Virus record (IMG/VR): IMGVR_UViG_3300020176_000011 | Coordinates: 16,085 to 80,084 of that record | Origin: a virus | Strand: one strand, 5' to 3' | DNA length: 64,000 nt | Shown: positions 35,951 to 45,602 of the stretch, piece by piece | Position numbering within the stretch: position 1 is the first letter of the stretch | Layout: the number at the start of each line of letters is the position of its first letter | Position numbers and translations under genes: made by a program | Notes under the pieces: generated by a model | What the model saw: only the letters and a program-made list of their open reading frames with translations | The model's database searches: none | What the model was told of the DNA's origin: nothing

Positions 35951-36105
35951 GCCGGGAAAGGCGCTTCTACAGCGACCTTTGCCGGACGTTCCTCGCCTAT
36001 TGTCGCGAGGCCCGGAAAGTCGCGCCCGATGACGTGGACTTGCTCAAGGTCCATCAATCGAGGCTGGCCAAAGCCCGGTCAAACCGGAACCGGGCCACCG
36101 CCTGA
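35947..36105 (+). CDS. 52-aa basic peptide (below the ORF-track size cutoff)
   Basis: ATGA overlap with the previous stop; MSRERRFYSDLCRTFLAYCREAR... Confidence 0.55.
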   Translation: MSRERRFYSDLCRTFLAYCREARKVAPDDVDLLKVHQSRLAKARSNRNRATA

Positions 36106-36113
36106 CCCAGGAT

Positions 36114-36229
36114 CTGGCCCACGGGCCAGGGCCTGCGCCCGGATCGGGCGCAGGCGCGTCTATGTGTCATTTCTGCAACAGTCCCCAGGCGCAGGCCCTG
36201 GCCCAGGGACTGTTGCAGAAATGTCACAT
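36114..36229. repeat. Cluster of interlocking inverted repeats
   Basis: Hairpins at 36114-36129 and 36131-36155; a 24-bp-arm inverted repeat at 36162-36229 whose loop is complementary to 36123-36139. Confidence 0.85.
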
Positions 36230-36275
36230 TATTGGACCCGGCCTCTCCGGGTTTCGAAACTTTTGGAGGTGAATT

Positions 36276-36788
36276 ATGGCTAGGCCCAAATTCAGGCGTG
36301 GTAAATCCCGACAGGTCCCCGCCATACCCGTCTACAAGCCCCTCCGGAGGCCCGCACAGCTGCAAGAGGACCGTCTGGCTCCTGTGGTGGCCGACGGCAT
36401 CCACAGGCCTCTCAGCGAGGCCGGAATGGGCACTGGCGGCGGTGAATGGGGCTTCCATGCCGCGAACGGTCGGAGGCCCAAGCCGATCCGCCATCTGATG
36501 GCCTATGAGGATCAGGCCCGGCGTGAGCTTCAGCTGATCGAGCTGGAAGGCTGGATCAGGGATTGTCTGATCACGTCGGTCGAACCGGGCATGGGTCGCG
36601 AGCTGCCCCACGTTCGGATTTACCATCAGGGTGCCGTCGTGGGTCGTCGCCCGCGTGTGTTCCCCGAGCGGGAGGTCCGTAGGGCCAAGCCCGAGGTCGC
36701 CAAGGTGGCACCGGTCCGGAGGCAGCCCCGCGTGCTGCGGGCCATCGCCAGGGATGTGACCATGGGCGGGACCGTGTACTCGATCTGA
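36276..36788 (+). CDS. Hypothetical Arg-rich protein
   Basis: GGAGGT RBS, ATG start. Confidence 0.6.
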   Translation: MARPKFRRGKSRQVPAIPVYKPLRRPAQLQEDRLAPVVADGIHRPLSEAGMGTGGGEWGFHAANGRRPKPIRHLMAYEDQARRELQLIELEGWIRDCLITSVEPGMGRELPHVRIYHQGAVVGRRPRVFPEREVRRAKPEVAKVAPVRRQPRVLRAIARDVTMGGTVYSI

Positions 36789-37441
36789 GTCCCATGGTAG
36801 GGCTGTGGGCGCAGGCCCTGGCCCGACCAACACAACATCTAGTGAGCGGGCCGTATAAAACTTTTCTTACTTGAACACGTAAGAAAAACAGAGGGGTATA
36901 CACATTAAATGTGGGGTTATGTGGTAAAAATGTCACAGTACCCAAAAACTATTTTCTATACGTATTAAGTTAAAAAAGTTTTATACAGTCCGCGCCACCA
37001 CCATTCATGGTGTGTTGCGCAAATGTCACGCCATATCTGGTGACAGCGGACCAAGCGCCTTTTGAAATTGTTGTCGCTCACGTAGCGCATCTTCCAGCAC
37101 TCGGCTCGACCGAGTGCTGAAACATGCACTATAGGTGTGTCTTTCTCGATCTGGAGGTCGTCTCGAACAACTTGCTGGCCTACTGCCAAATTGGCAGTAA
37201 CGCTCCAGCGACCCACTAGGTATAGAGATAGGACAGCAACACTGACCAATTCGGGCCAGTGCCTACCGCTGGGCCAAATGGCCCTGAACCACTGCCAATT
37301 TGGCAGTAAAGCCAAGCGGCTGGCACCGGCCCACGGATACGGCCACGGCCACGAAGCTGAGACAAATGCTGGGTGTAAACGTCGCCAACACCCCGGATTT
37401 GGAACCGACCCGGCGACAACAGCAGACGAAAGGAACCGACT

Positions 37442-37678
37442 ATGGCTCAGATCAACCGAGTGAACCTCGTGGGGATTTCCCGCACGATCCCGTGGACCAA
37501 TTCCAAGGGCACGCCTCTCCCGAGGGTCGGCGGCGAGGTCATCAGCCTGTACGAGAACCTGACCGAGGAACAGGCCCTGATCCGGTGCGAAGAGCTGAAC
37601 AGGGAGCATCGTTCGACCGATTTCACGGCGACGATCATCCCCCAGGTCGAGTACCCCTCGTACTACTACACCAACTGA
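37442..37678 (+). CDS. Hypothetical early protein
   Basis: AAAGGA RBS; phage-like codon usage. Confidence 0.65.
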   Translation: MAQINRVNLVGISRTIPWTNSKGTPLPRVGGEVISLYENLTEEQALIRCEELNREHRSTDFTATIIPQVEYPSYYYTN

Positions 37679-37824
37679 TGAGCAGGACCGACTCCAACAC
37701 CGAGAGCGCAAGCTGAAGCTGCGAAACCTCCGTGTCCAAACTCAGGATGTGAAGCCTGCGTCAAAAGCAGACTACACATTCATGCGTCGCGACGAATTCT
37801 TCAACCCCGACAATTGAGGCACCC

Positions 37825-39382
37825 ATGTTGACCCTCAACCCGAAACAGCTGCGTCGTGCCCGCGACGGCGCTGCTGCCAAATTGGCAGTAGCTCAACTGG
37901 CCCTCACAAACGCTGAAAAGCGGCTGGCCATTTCCAAGTCCGCCTCGGCTCGTGAGGAATACGACGAGGCCAACCGACAGGTGATCGCCGCGACCACCGT
38001 CAAGCGGCTGATCGAAATCGATGCGCGCTCTTAGCAGCATCGCCCTCGCCATCATCGCACCCTTCATTGGGTGGGATGCTGCCATCTACTGGCATGATCT
38101 CGTCTTCAGCTACACAGGCCATGGAGTGTATGCTGAGCTGATGACGTTCTTCGCCATCATCGCCATGCTGGCGACCTTCGTGGTCGCTCAGTGCAGGTTG
38201 TGGAAACCGGAACTGCATCGGTTCTTAAACCCGACCTAATTCTCTTTCCCGAGTTGTCGTAATTCCCGGTCCTGCGCCGCCCTCAAAAGCCACAGACTAC
38301 TGGGTATAGTCGGCCAGCGGAAAGAGATACGCCCACACCTCGCACAACCTAGACCTCCGTGGTGCCTATCCACAGGTCACACATCATCGTGCTTGGTGTG
38401 GGCGTACTTTATTTGGAGGTAATCATGTCCCATTACGAGCGTCACATTCGCCGGATGGACACTTGGCGTCTTTGTGCTGAGCATGTCTACTATGTGGACC
38501 TTGTTCGCCGTGATCGTCGTGTATTCGGCATGATGGACCATCTCAGCAGCGCACGGGCTGCAGCCTGTTGGCGTGAAATCGTTCGTCGTTCAAACGGAGG
38601 CTTGTCATGAAGACCGATTTGTATTTCGAGGTCCACATCACCCTCGATCCGATCATGCCCGAGTCCGAGATGGGCATTCTTCTGCGCTCGCTTACGGTCC
38701 ATCACGGGTTCCGTGTGGCCAAGTTCGTGATGAACGAACAGGACAGCTTCCTGACCACGCGTGGCACCGATTACGACGATGTCGTGCGTCGGACGAAGAA
38801 CATGATCGAGAGCCTTCGTCTGTTCAACTTCCCGATCCGGCGCTACAAGCTGGAGAACACGATCCTGGACACCAAGGCCACGAACACCGATCCGCTCGGG
38901 TGCCTGACGTCCAGTATGCCCGTCGGCGGCAACTGATGCGCCAGATCGCGGACGATCAAAGCCTGGGTCCCTTTAGTAGAGGCGAACACGCTACGATCAC
39001 CGAGGTCTTCAACCAATACAGGCTCTCCACGCGAGGTCGCAAAGCCGCGTGGAAAGTTATCAGCCTCGACTGGTATCTAGGTCGAACAGGCAGGTTCTAC
39101 GCCTATCTTCGGGCGCATGAATTCGGTTCGGCTGAGAAACCCGGCAAATATGTGTGGGTGACAATCACCTACATGAACAACAGTCGTGACTCGATTGCTC
39201 AACCCAACATGGTTGAAGCCACCAAGTATGCGATGAGCAACATCAGCTACAGCGGTGGCAAGGTGCGTCGGGTCGAAATCGAAACCGAGAAGGACAGCAA
39301 ACGTGCTGTATGGGATGCATCATGGCCAGAAGTCGTGGGTACTGGAAGCGCAAGGATAGCAGGCGAGCCCGCCGCATCCTGA
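37825..39382 (+). CDS. Five small hypothetical genes (37825-38034, 38021-38239 membrane, 38425-38610, 38607-38936, 38936-39382)
   Basis: RBSs and coupled start/stop codons. Confidence 0.55.
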
Positions 39383-39714
39383 ACCGTTCGCTCGATGTCA
39401 TCACCCAGATCGGTACTGCCAAATTGGCAGTGCTGATGACGGAAAACATGTCGGGCTCGTCGCTGATCGGCAACCGTCGCGAGTTGAGCCGGATCGACAA
39501 GATGACCCAGGAAATCCTGGCGCGTGATGCCCGTCAACAGCAAGAGCTGGATGATTACTTCGATGCTCTCTACGAGCAGGAAGCTGCCCTTTACAAGGAA
39601 GAGGCAGCTCAAGAATACCGGCAGTACCTGAGCGAACTGCAGGACGATTATGGCGATGAGGTGTGGGACAGTCGCTATGATGAACTCGAATCCCACTATG
39701 ATTGGAACTACTGA
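39322..39714 (+). CDS. Hypothetical protein with highly acidic, Tyr-rich C-terminus (start 39322 or 39436)
   Basis: 19 D/E in the last ~56 aa. Confidence 0.55.
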   Translation: MARSRGYWKRKDSRRARRILNRSLDVITQIGTAKLAVLMTENMSGSSLIGNRRELSRIDKMTQEILARDARQQQELDDYFDALYEQEAALYKEEAAQEYRQYLSELQDDYGDEVWDSRYDELESHYDWNY

Positions 39715-39715
39715 C

Positions 39716-40153
39716 ATGACACGAGACGAACTGGTCAGGGTCCTTGAGACTACCTTGAGCATGGGTGGGCACAATATCGCCCTCCGTGCTGAGGTCGTCC
39801 GACAGATCCTGGAGGTGCTGAAGCTGCCGGTGTTTCCGGCGACGCTCACTCCCGAGCTGAATGATGTGATCAGGAGCGCTCGGGCGAACACCAACTATCG
39901 GCAGAACGAGGGGCTGCATCGGGACATCCTGAAGCACCTGATGCCCAAGCCGCTCACGATGTTCGTGTTCTACGCGACGCAGATGAACAGCTACAACCAG
40001 CCCAACGTGCCGAAAATCTTTCGGCACAAGACCAAGGAAGGTGCCGACAAGAACCGCGACGCTGCGATCAGGTTGTCGCCGGACTGCTACATCAACGTCA
40101 GCGAGGTGATCGAAGTGCCCCGCGACGTCAACGATCCGCCGCTCGGCTCATGA
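39716..40153 (+). CDS. Hypothetical protein, paralog family 1 copy a
   Basis: TMFVFYA...NVSEVIEVP shared with the next two genes. Confidence 0.75.
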   Translation: MTRDELVRVLETTLSMGGHNIALRAEVVRQILEVLKLPVFPATLTPELNDVIRSARANTNYRQNEGLHRDILKHLMPKPLTMFVFYATQMNSYNQPNVPKIFRHKTKEGADKNRDAAIRLSPDCYINVSEVIEVPRDVNDPPLGS

Positions 40154-40584
40154 GCAAGCTGATCGCCAATCTGGACGCCATCATCCAGAGCGCCAAGAAT
40201 GATGGGCGAACGACATCGTTCGTCACCATCGAACTGCTGGAGCAGATTCGGGTGAAGCTGCTCGATCCCACAATGCCGATGGCGATGCCTGTCGAGCTGC
40301 ACGAGCATATCCACACGGCTCGTCGCAATTCGATGACCGACCCGGCGGGTTCGAGGCTTCTGTACAGCACCATTCGTCAGGCTCTGATGCAGCCTGTGAC
40401 GATGTTCATCTACTACGCGACCCTCAAGCACTCGGGTCAGATGAAGATCTACAAATATCTCAAGAAGGAAAGTGCCGAATCGGCTGCACAGTCCTGTCGC
40501 GATGCCACCAACACATGGTCCAACGTGAGCCCTGTGATGGAAGTCCCGTTCGAGAATTCGGACAATCACGTCAACAAGCACTGA
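40150..40584 (+). CDS. Hypothetical protein, paralog family 1 copy b
   Basis: TMFIYYA...NVSPVMEVP. Confidence 0.75.
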   Translation: MSKLIANLDAIIQSAKNDGRTTSFVTIELLEQIRVKLLDPTMPMAMPVELHEHIHTARRNSMTDPAGSRLLYSTIRQALMQPVTMFIYYATLKHSGQMKIYKYLKKESAESAAQSCRDATNTWSNVSPVMEVPFENSDNHVNKH

Positions 40585-40595
40585 GGAACATCATC

Positions 40596-41048
40596 ATGGA
40601 AAAGCGTGAAATCGTCGTCGAACTCGGCCGCAAGATCAAGGATGCCGAATCCCGTGGTCGCTCCGAGCTGAGCATCTGCGTCGAAGGTGCGAAGTCCGGC
40701 CTGAAGCTGCTGTCCGAGCCGACGCTCGGCGTGCTGCCCAAGGTGCCGACGTCCGAGATGCGCCAGGTCATCCGCGAGGCGATGCAGTCCGGCACCAGCA
40801 TGGACATCTACAACGCCATCTACAAGGAGCTGAACAAGCCGAAGCCGATGTGGGCGTGGTACGCCGAGGTCAATCCGACCGGCCGGACGTCGCCGACGTG
40901 GGAAGTGCGGATGTTCCGCTACGACAACAAGGGCGATGCCGAGAGCAACCGCACCGGCGCCATCGGCATCACGCACAGCTATCGCAACGTCAGCCCGCTG
41001 CTGGAAGTCCCCAGCGACGGCAAGGAAGGCCAGAACCAGTACGCGTAG
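40596..41048 (+). CDS. Hypothetical protein, paralog family 1 copy c
   Basis: PMWAWYA...NVSPLLEVP. Confidence 0.75.
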   Translation: MEKREIVVELGRKIKDAESRGRSELSICVEGAKSGLKLLSEPTLGVLPKVPTSEMRQVIREAMQSGTSMDIYNAIYKELNKPKPMWAWYAEVNPTGRTSPTWEVRMFRYDNKGDAESNRTGAIGITHSYRNVSPLLEVPSDGKEGQNQYA

Positions 41049-41075
41049 GGTTCCCATCAACCGAAGGAGATTGTC

Positions 41076-41517
41076 ATGAACCACTTCACTGCTGCGAACG
41101 AAGCGTTCGAGCGGAAGCTCAAGATCACCCGCAAGGGAGGCGACAAGAAGAAGATCGCCGAACTCATCGCGGGCCGAAACGAGTTCGTTCGCAAGTACGC
41201 GGACAGTTTGCGTCTCGCCGACAAGCGTGACGCCGCCGTGCGCATCCTCCAGCAGGACTGCCACCATGTGGCATAGTGGCATGGAAGCCTTCTTCGGCTG
41301 GACCCTCGTGGTCCTGATGTGCATCGCTGGGCTCCACTGGATCTACGAGTTCGTCTGGAAACTCTGGTCGCTCCTCGTCCAGATCTGGTTCTGGTCGGAC
41401 TTCAACAAGACCCAGCAGTACGAGTTCGAGCAGTCGCTGGAGAAGCGCAACAGCTGGTTCTTCATGTGGACCGTCGTGCTGTTCGCGATGGTGTGGATCG
41501 TCAGGAACTTCATCTGA
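41076..41517 (+). CDS. Two small hypothetical genes (41076-41276; about 41281-41517, membrane protein)
   Basis: AAGGAG RBS; hydrophobic Trp-rich segments in the second. Confidence 0.55.
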
Positions 41518-41584
41518 CGCTTCGTTAGACCACAGGGCTACTGCCAAATTGGCAGTAGCCCTGACCTGTAACGAGGAGATCAAC

Positions 41585-42154
41585 ATGAACATGAATATGG
41601 ACGAGCTGATCGCAAACAGCTTCATGGATTTCCATCAGAAGGATTTCCATTATCTCTGCGTGCGTCGGTCGCCGACGATGACAGAGAAGTTCTACTTCTT
41701 CGACGGCGACGTGAGTAAGCTGCCCGAGGTGGTGGCTCCCCACGATCATCGCTACCAGTTTCTGACCAAAGCCGTGCGCGGCACGGTCGAGAACCGGGTC
41801 TACAGCCGCGACTATCTGCCCTATGCGGAGTGCGCGACGTTCCAGCGGTTCTCGTATATGACTCCGCTCAACGGCGGCAACGGTTTCACTTGGGCTGCCG
41901 AAGAGAAGCTCTACCTGCAGAGCAGCGAAAGGTATTGGAATAGGTCGTACTGGATGGCGGCCGACGACATTCACACGATCCAGATCATCGAACCGGGCAC
42001 CATCCTCAAGCTGTATCAGTTCGAGGACGTTGTGCCGATCAACAAACCTACCAGCACCTGGATGCTGGACCGCGAACCGCCGAACCTGTCGGGCCTGTAC
42101 CGCAAGCCCACGCCCGACGAGATCAATGGCTTGCTCAAGAGATTGGAGACGTGA
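41585..42154 (+). CDS. Cupin-fold protein (possible dioxygenase)
   Basis: PHDHRYQFLTKAVRG...IHTI metal-binding cupin pattern; GAGGAG RBS. Confidence 0.6.
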   Translation: MNMNMDELIANSFMDFHQKDFHYLCVRRSPTMTEKFYFFDGDVSKLPEVVAPHDHRYQFLTKAVRGTVENRVYSRDYLPYAECATFQRFSYMTPLNGGNGFTWAAEEKLYLQSSERYWNRSYWMAADDIHTIQIIEPGTILKLYQFEDVVPINKPTSTWMLDREPPNLSGLYRKPTPDEINGLLKRLET

Positions 42155-42155
42155 C

Positions 42156-42404
42156 ATGGACCTCAATCACACCGACATCACCGGCAAGACCGGTCAGGAG
42201 TTCGTCTGCCTCATCGGCAAGACCTACCGTCACAATGCCCGCTCGAAATACTACAAGATCGTGGGCGTGGTGTATCTCGGCGAGATGGACCTGTGGGGCC
42301 TGAGCTATCGCGAGAACAACAGCGAGGTCATGCACGTTCGCAGCCACGTCAACTTCTTCGGCACGCAGGCTGGCAGCGAAGACCTGCGCTTCGAACAGGT
42401 TTGA
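42156..42404 (+). CDS. DUF1653-like SH3-type protein
   Basis: YRH...YKIVGV...HVRS..NF....RF pattern. Confidence 0.55.
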   Translation: MDLNHTDITGKTGQEFVCLIGKTYRHNARSKYYKIVGVVYLGEMDLWGLSYRENNSEVMHVRSHVNFFGTQAGSEDLRFEQV

Positions 42405-42406
42405 GT

Positions 42407-43899
42407 ATGGTGACCCGAGTGGACAACCAGGCCTACATGCAGATGACGCAGGCTCAGCGTGACGCCTATCACGACAAGCGTCGTCGCGAACAGAACGACG
42501 TGGATCGGAAGCGTCTGCTGAAGATCCCGATGTTCTTGACGCGCGAGTTCACCGACGCGCAAGGCCAGGTCCAGTTCCTGATCATCAAGCGGCACGTCAA
42601 CAAGAGCTGCGCTGGACTGTTCACCATTCACCAGAAGATTCCGAGCTTCTGGCAGCATCATTGGGCGCACTATCAAGCGCCCGGTGTACAGGGCAAATAC
42701 GTCGGCTTCTATTTCGAGAAGGGTCACTACTGCGACGAGTACCCACCGACGATCCTCCAGGACCTGCACGACTACGCGCATGGTGACCTGAAGCCGTTGG
42801 AGGACCGCTACGGTGGTCAGTTCGACCAGTCGCGCTTTCAATGGGAGCTGTGAAATGTCGCTCGATGTGTGGCTGATGAAGACGCAGCCGACCGAGGTGT
42901 TCAGTGCGAACATCACGCACAACCTCAACACGATGGCCGAGGAAGCTGGTGTCTACCAGCACCTGTGGCGGCCGGAAGAGATTGGCATCAGCAAAGCGGG
43001 TGACCTCATTCTTCCTCTGACCGAAGCGGTCAAGAAGATGGAGGAGAACCCGGTGCGTTTCCGTAAGCACAACGCACCGAATGGCTGGGGCACCTATGAA
43101 GGGCTGCTCAAGTTCATCAAGAACTATCTGGCCGCCTGCATCGAGCATCCGGACGCTGAGATCGGAGTGTCGCGATGAGTTGGCAACCGATGCACACGGC
43201 TCCCATCGCCAAGGATGACGATGGTGAGCCACAATACATTCTCGCCGCCGACGAAGACGGCGTGGTCGAGAAAGTCTTTTGGGGCGATTGCGCCGAAGGC
43301 ATGGGTGGCGATGATCCCTGCAATACGTGGTGCATCGCCCACAGTCTCAACGACGAGCGCGGTGGTTGGAGTACCCACCTCGCCGTCAAATGGCAACCGC
43401 TTCCGGAGGCGTAAATGAGCATCGCATCTTGGTGGAAAGAGTTCACCAAACCTGATCCTGAGATCGAGATGCAAGTCGCTCGGTATCAGGTCCACAAAGG
43501 CGCGGGCTATCTGATCTCTGCCTACGACCACATGGTTCGCAGCGGTCGTAACATGCGCAACTTCATCGTGTCCGACTGGACGGTGAAGAGCCACACCGAT
43601 GGATACTGGCAAGTTAGCCTGCATTTCATCGGACGCAGGATGATGGAGGGCGACCTGTGAAGTGCCAGTGGGAACCCGCAGACATCTGGTGCGGTCGGGT
43701 CACCAAGTACAGCGACGGTACGCAGGAGAAGTGGATGATCGGCTACGACGCCACCATTCGCGACAGTCGCAAGCACTACTGCCTGATCAGCCTCAACGAC
43801 GGCATGATCATGCTCAAGAATTCGACGGCCGAAGAGGTGTGCAAGCATCTGACCGAGGCCAAGCTGGAGCCCGACGAGATCGTCAATAGGAGGAACTGA
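42407..43899 (+). CDS. Five hypothetical genes (42407-42853, 42855-43178, 43175-43414 DUF551-like, 43415-43660, 43657-43899)
   Basis: Coupled ORFs; WQPMHTAP...WQPLP DUF551-like motif; NITHNL...PNGWG motif. Confidence 0.6.
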
Positions 43900-44450
43900 T
43901 GGAAGAACCGTGGTCGATCCGTCTCATTCACGAGACGTTGTGTGAGAGCGTGTTCACCGAACTCAAGCTGGTGATCCCGTTCGAGAAGCGTCCCGACGCT
44001 CCACGCTACGAGTGCTGGATGATGCGCGACACTCTCGCGCCCTACACCTACGGACGCAATCGTGGTGAGCGTACCTATCAGGCCAACGTCATGCCCGATC
44101 TGGTCAAGAAGATCGGCAAGTCGGTTCGTGAAATCCTGGGTGGCGACCGTGAGCCCGAGGGCTGCTTCGCCAACCTGTATCGCGATGCTCACGACCACCT
44201 CGGCTGGCATGCCGACGCCAGCGACATGATCGACCACGAGTACCCGGTCGTCAGCGTCAGCTTCGGCGACCGTCGCCGCATTCAGTTCCGTCCGAACACC
44301 GAGCAGGACAAGGTTACCGAGCTGTGGATGGAGCCCGGCAGCATCACCGTGATGCCCGCTGGCTTCCAGCACACGCATCAGCACCAGATCCCGAAAGAGG
44401 GACGCGTCATCGGCGAGCGCGTCAGTTTGACATATCGCTGGCTCAAGTAG
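43899..44450 (+). CDS. alkB: AlkB-family 2OG-Fe(II) dioxygenase
   Basis: NLYRD..D.LGWHAD (HxD), SVSFG..R, HQHQIPK (distal His), RVSLTYR. Confidence 0.9.
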   Translation: MEEPWSIRLIHETLCESVFTELKLVIPFEKRPDAPRYECWMMRDTLAPYTYGRNRGERTYQANVMPDLVKKIGKSVREILGGDREPEGCFANLYRDAHDHLGWHADASDMIDHEYPVVSVSFGDRRRIQFRPNTEQDKVTELWMEPGSITVMPAGFQHTHQHQIPKEGRVIGERVSLTYRWLK

Positions 44451-44459
44451 GAGACGACA

Positions 44460-45416
44460 ATGGCAATCCGGAAAAACGACATCGGCAAGCGGGTGAAGTT
44501 CATCAGCTCCATCGACAGGACGACGACCAGGTTCGGTCGGCTGATCACCTATGGTGCGGGCCACTCGGCCGTCATGATCGAGAAGGACGGTCTGATGCCC
44601 GCCGAACGGTTCGAGGAACGCTCGCTGGTCGAGACGGCCAAGCTGAACCTCGCCGAAGTTCAGATCACGAAGACCGACATCGGCCAGACCTTCATGTGGA
44701 ACCCGCCCGCCCCGGCGACCTCGTGCAAGGTGCAGCTGATCGAACTGCGCGTCCATCCGTCCGACGAACGCATCACGTCGGCGCTCGTGCAGGCCAACGG
44801 CCGCCAGTTCGTTGTCTGGGCCAAGCACCTCCAGAAGGAAGACGACGCCACCCCGGCGCTGCCAATTTGGCAGGACATCAGCACCGCCCCGAAGGATCGT
44901 CCGATCCTGCTGATCAATGACAAGGGTCATATGTCCACCTGCGAATGGCGGAAGGATATCTATGGCCTCAATTGCTGGCAGATTGCCAGTAGCACCACCT
45001 ACGCTCAGTTCTTCGGAGCCTACATGTGGTCTGAACTCTTGGCACCGCCGCCGAAGCCGAAGCCCAAGTCGCCGCGTGAAGTCGCCGAGGAGAAGCTGCT
45101 CGCCGCCTACAACGACACGATCAATGTCGCGAACAACACGGCCAGCATGATCCGCAAGGCGAAGCAGAACTACATCGCCGCGCAGAACGCCTACTTCGTC
45201 GAGGTCCAGAAGCAGAACGGCAAGCCCGCCAACTGGCTGATCAAGGAAGGCAAGGTCTACCTCATGATCGACTCTCCGTTCAGCCACTTCTCCAGCGAGA
45301 AGCTGGCCGAGTGGGTGGTCAAGGACCCGGCCAAGTATGCGGCTGCCGCCGCCGACCGGATGCTCTGGCTGAGCCAGCAGCGTCACTACGAGCGGTTCAA
45401 GCAGGGCAACCTGTGA
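44460..45416 (+). CDS. Multidomain hypothetical protein (two xxDIG repeats and a DUF551-like domain)
   Basis: IRKNDIGK / ITKTDIGQ; WQDISTAPKD. Confidence 0.6.
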   Translation: MAIRKNDIGKRVKFISSIDRTTTRFGRLITYGAGHSAVMIEKDGLMPAERFEERSLVETAKLNLAEVQITKTDIGQTFMWNPPAPATSCKVQLIELRVHPSDERITSALVQANGRQFVVWAKHLQKEDDATPALPIWQDISTAPKDRPILLINDKGHMSTCEWRKDIYGLNCWQIASSTTYAQFFGAYMWSELLAPPPKPKPKSPREVAEEKLLAAYNDTINVANNTASMIRKAKQNYIAAQNAYFVEVQKQNGKPANWLIKEGKVYLMIDSPFSHFSSEKLAEWVVKDPAKYAAAAADRMLWLSQQRHYERFKQGNL

Positions 45417-45602
45417 TGCTGGTCGCCATGTTCTATATCCGACTCGCAGGGGCCTTGTGCCTCTGCGTGTTGGCCGGTGGGCTGATCGTCAGTGGTCAGC
45501 CCACCCTGGTCGTCTTCGGTGCGCTCTGCATCGCGGCGGCACTCTGCATGGTTCCGAGCCACAAACACACTCGGGACTACCAACCCATCTGAGGTCATCA
45601 TC

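Larger units (their letters stand above)
34445..37030. repeat. Motif B: 18-bp TGT-N12-ACA-type element, consensus TGTKGCARAAATGWCACA, 6 copies
   Basis: Copies at 34445, 34472, 36163 (reverse), 36211, 36920, 37013. Confidence 0.8.

Noticed and set aside
34813-37306. Motif A copies as a CRISPR array
   Set aside because: Repeats are only 15 bp, spacing is irregular (25 bp to kilobases), several copies are intragenic, and no cas genes are present
37644-37730. Hammerhead-like core: CTGATGA (37675), GCAG/CTGC stem II, GAAA (37723), with upstream AGGTC able to form stem III
   Set aside because: No stem I pairing next to the core could be found, and CTGATGA coincides with the tandem stop codons of ORF 37442. 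An Infernal search or cleavage assay could revive it.
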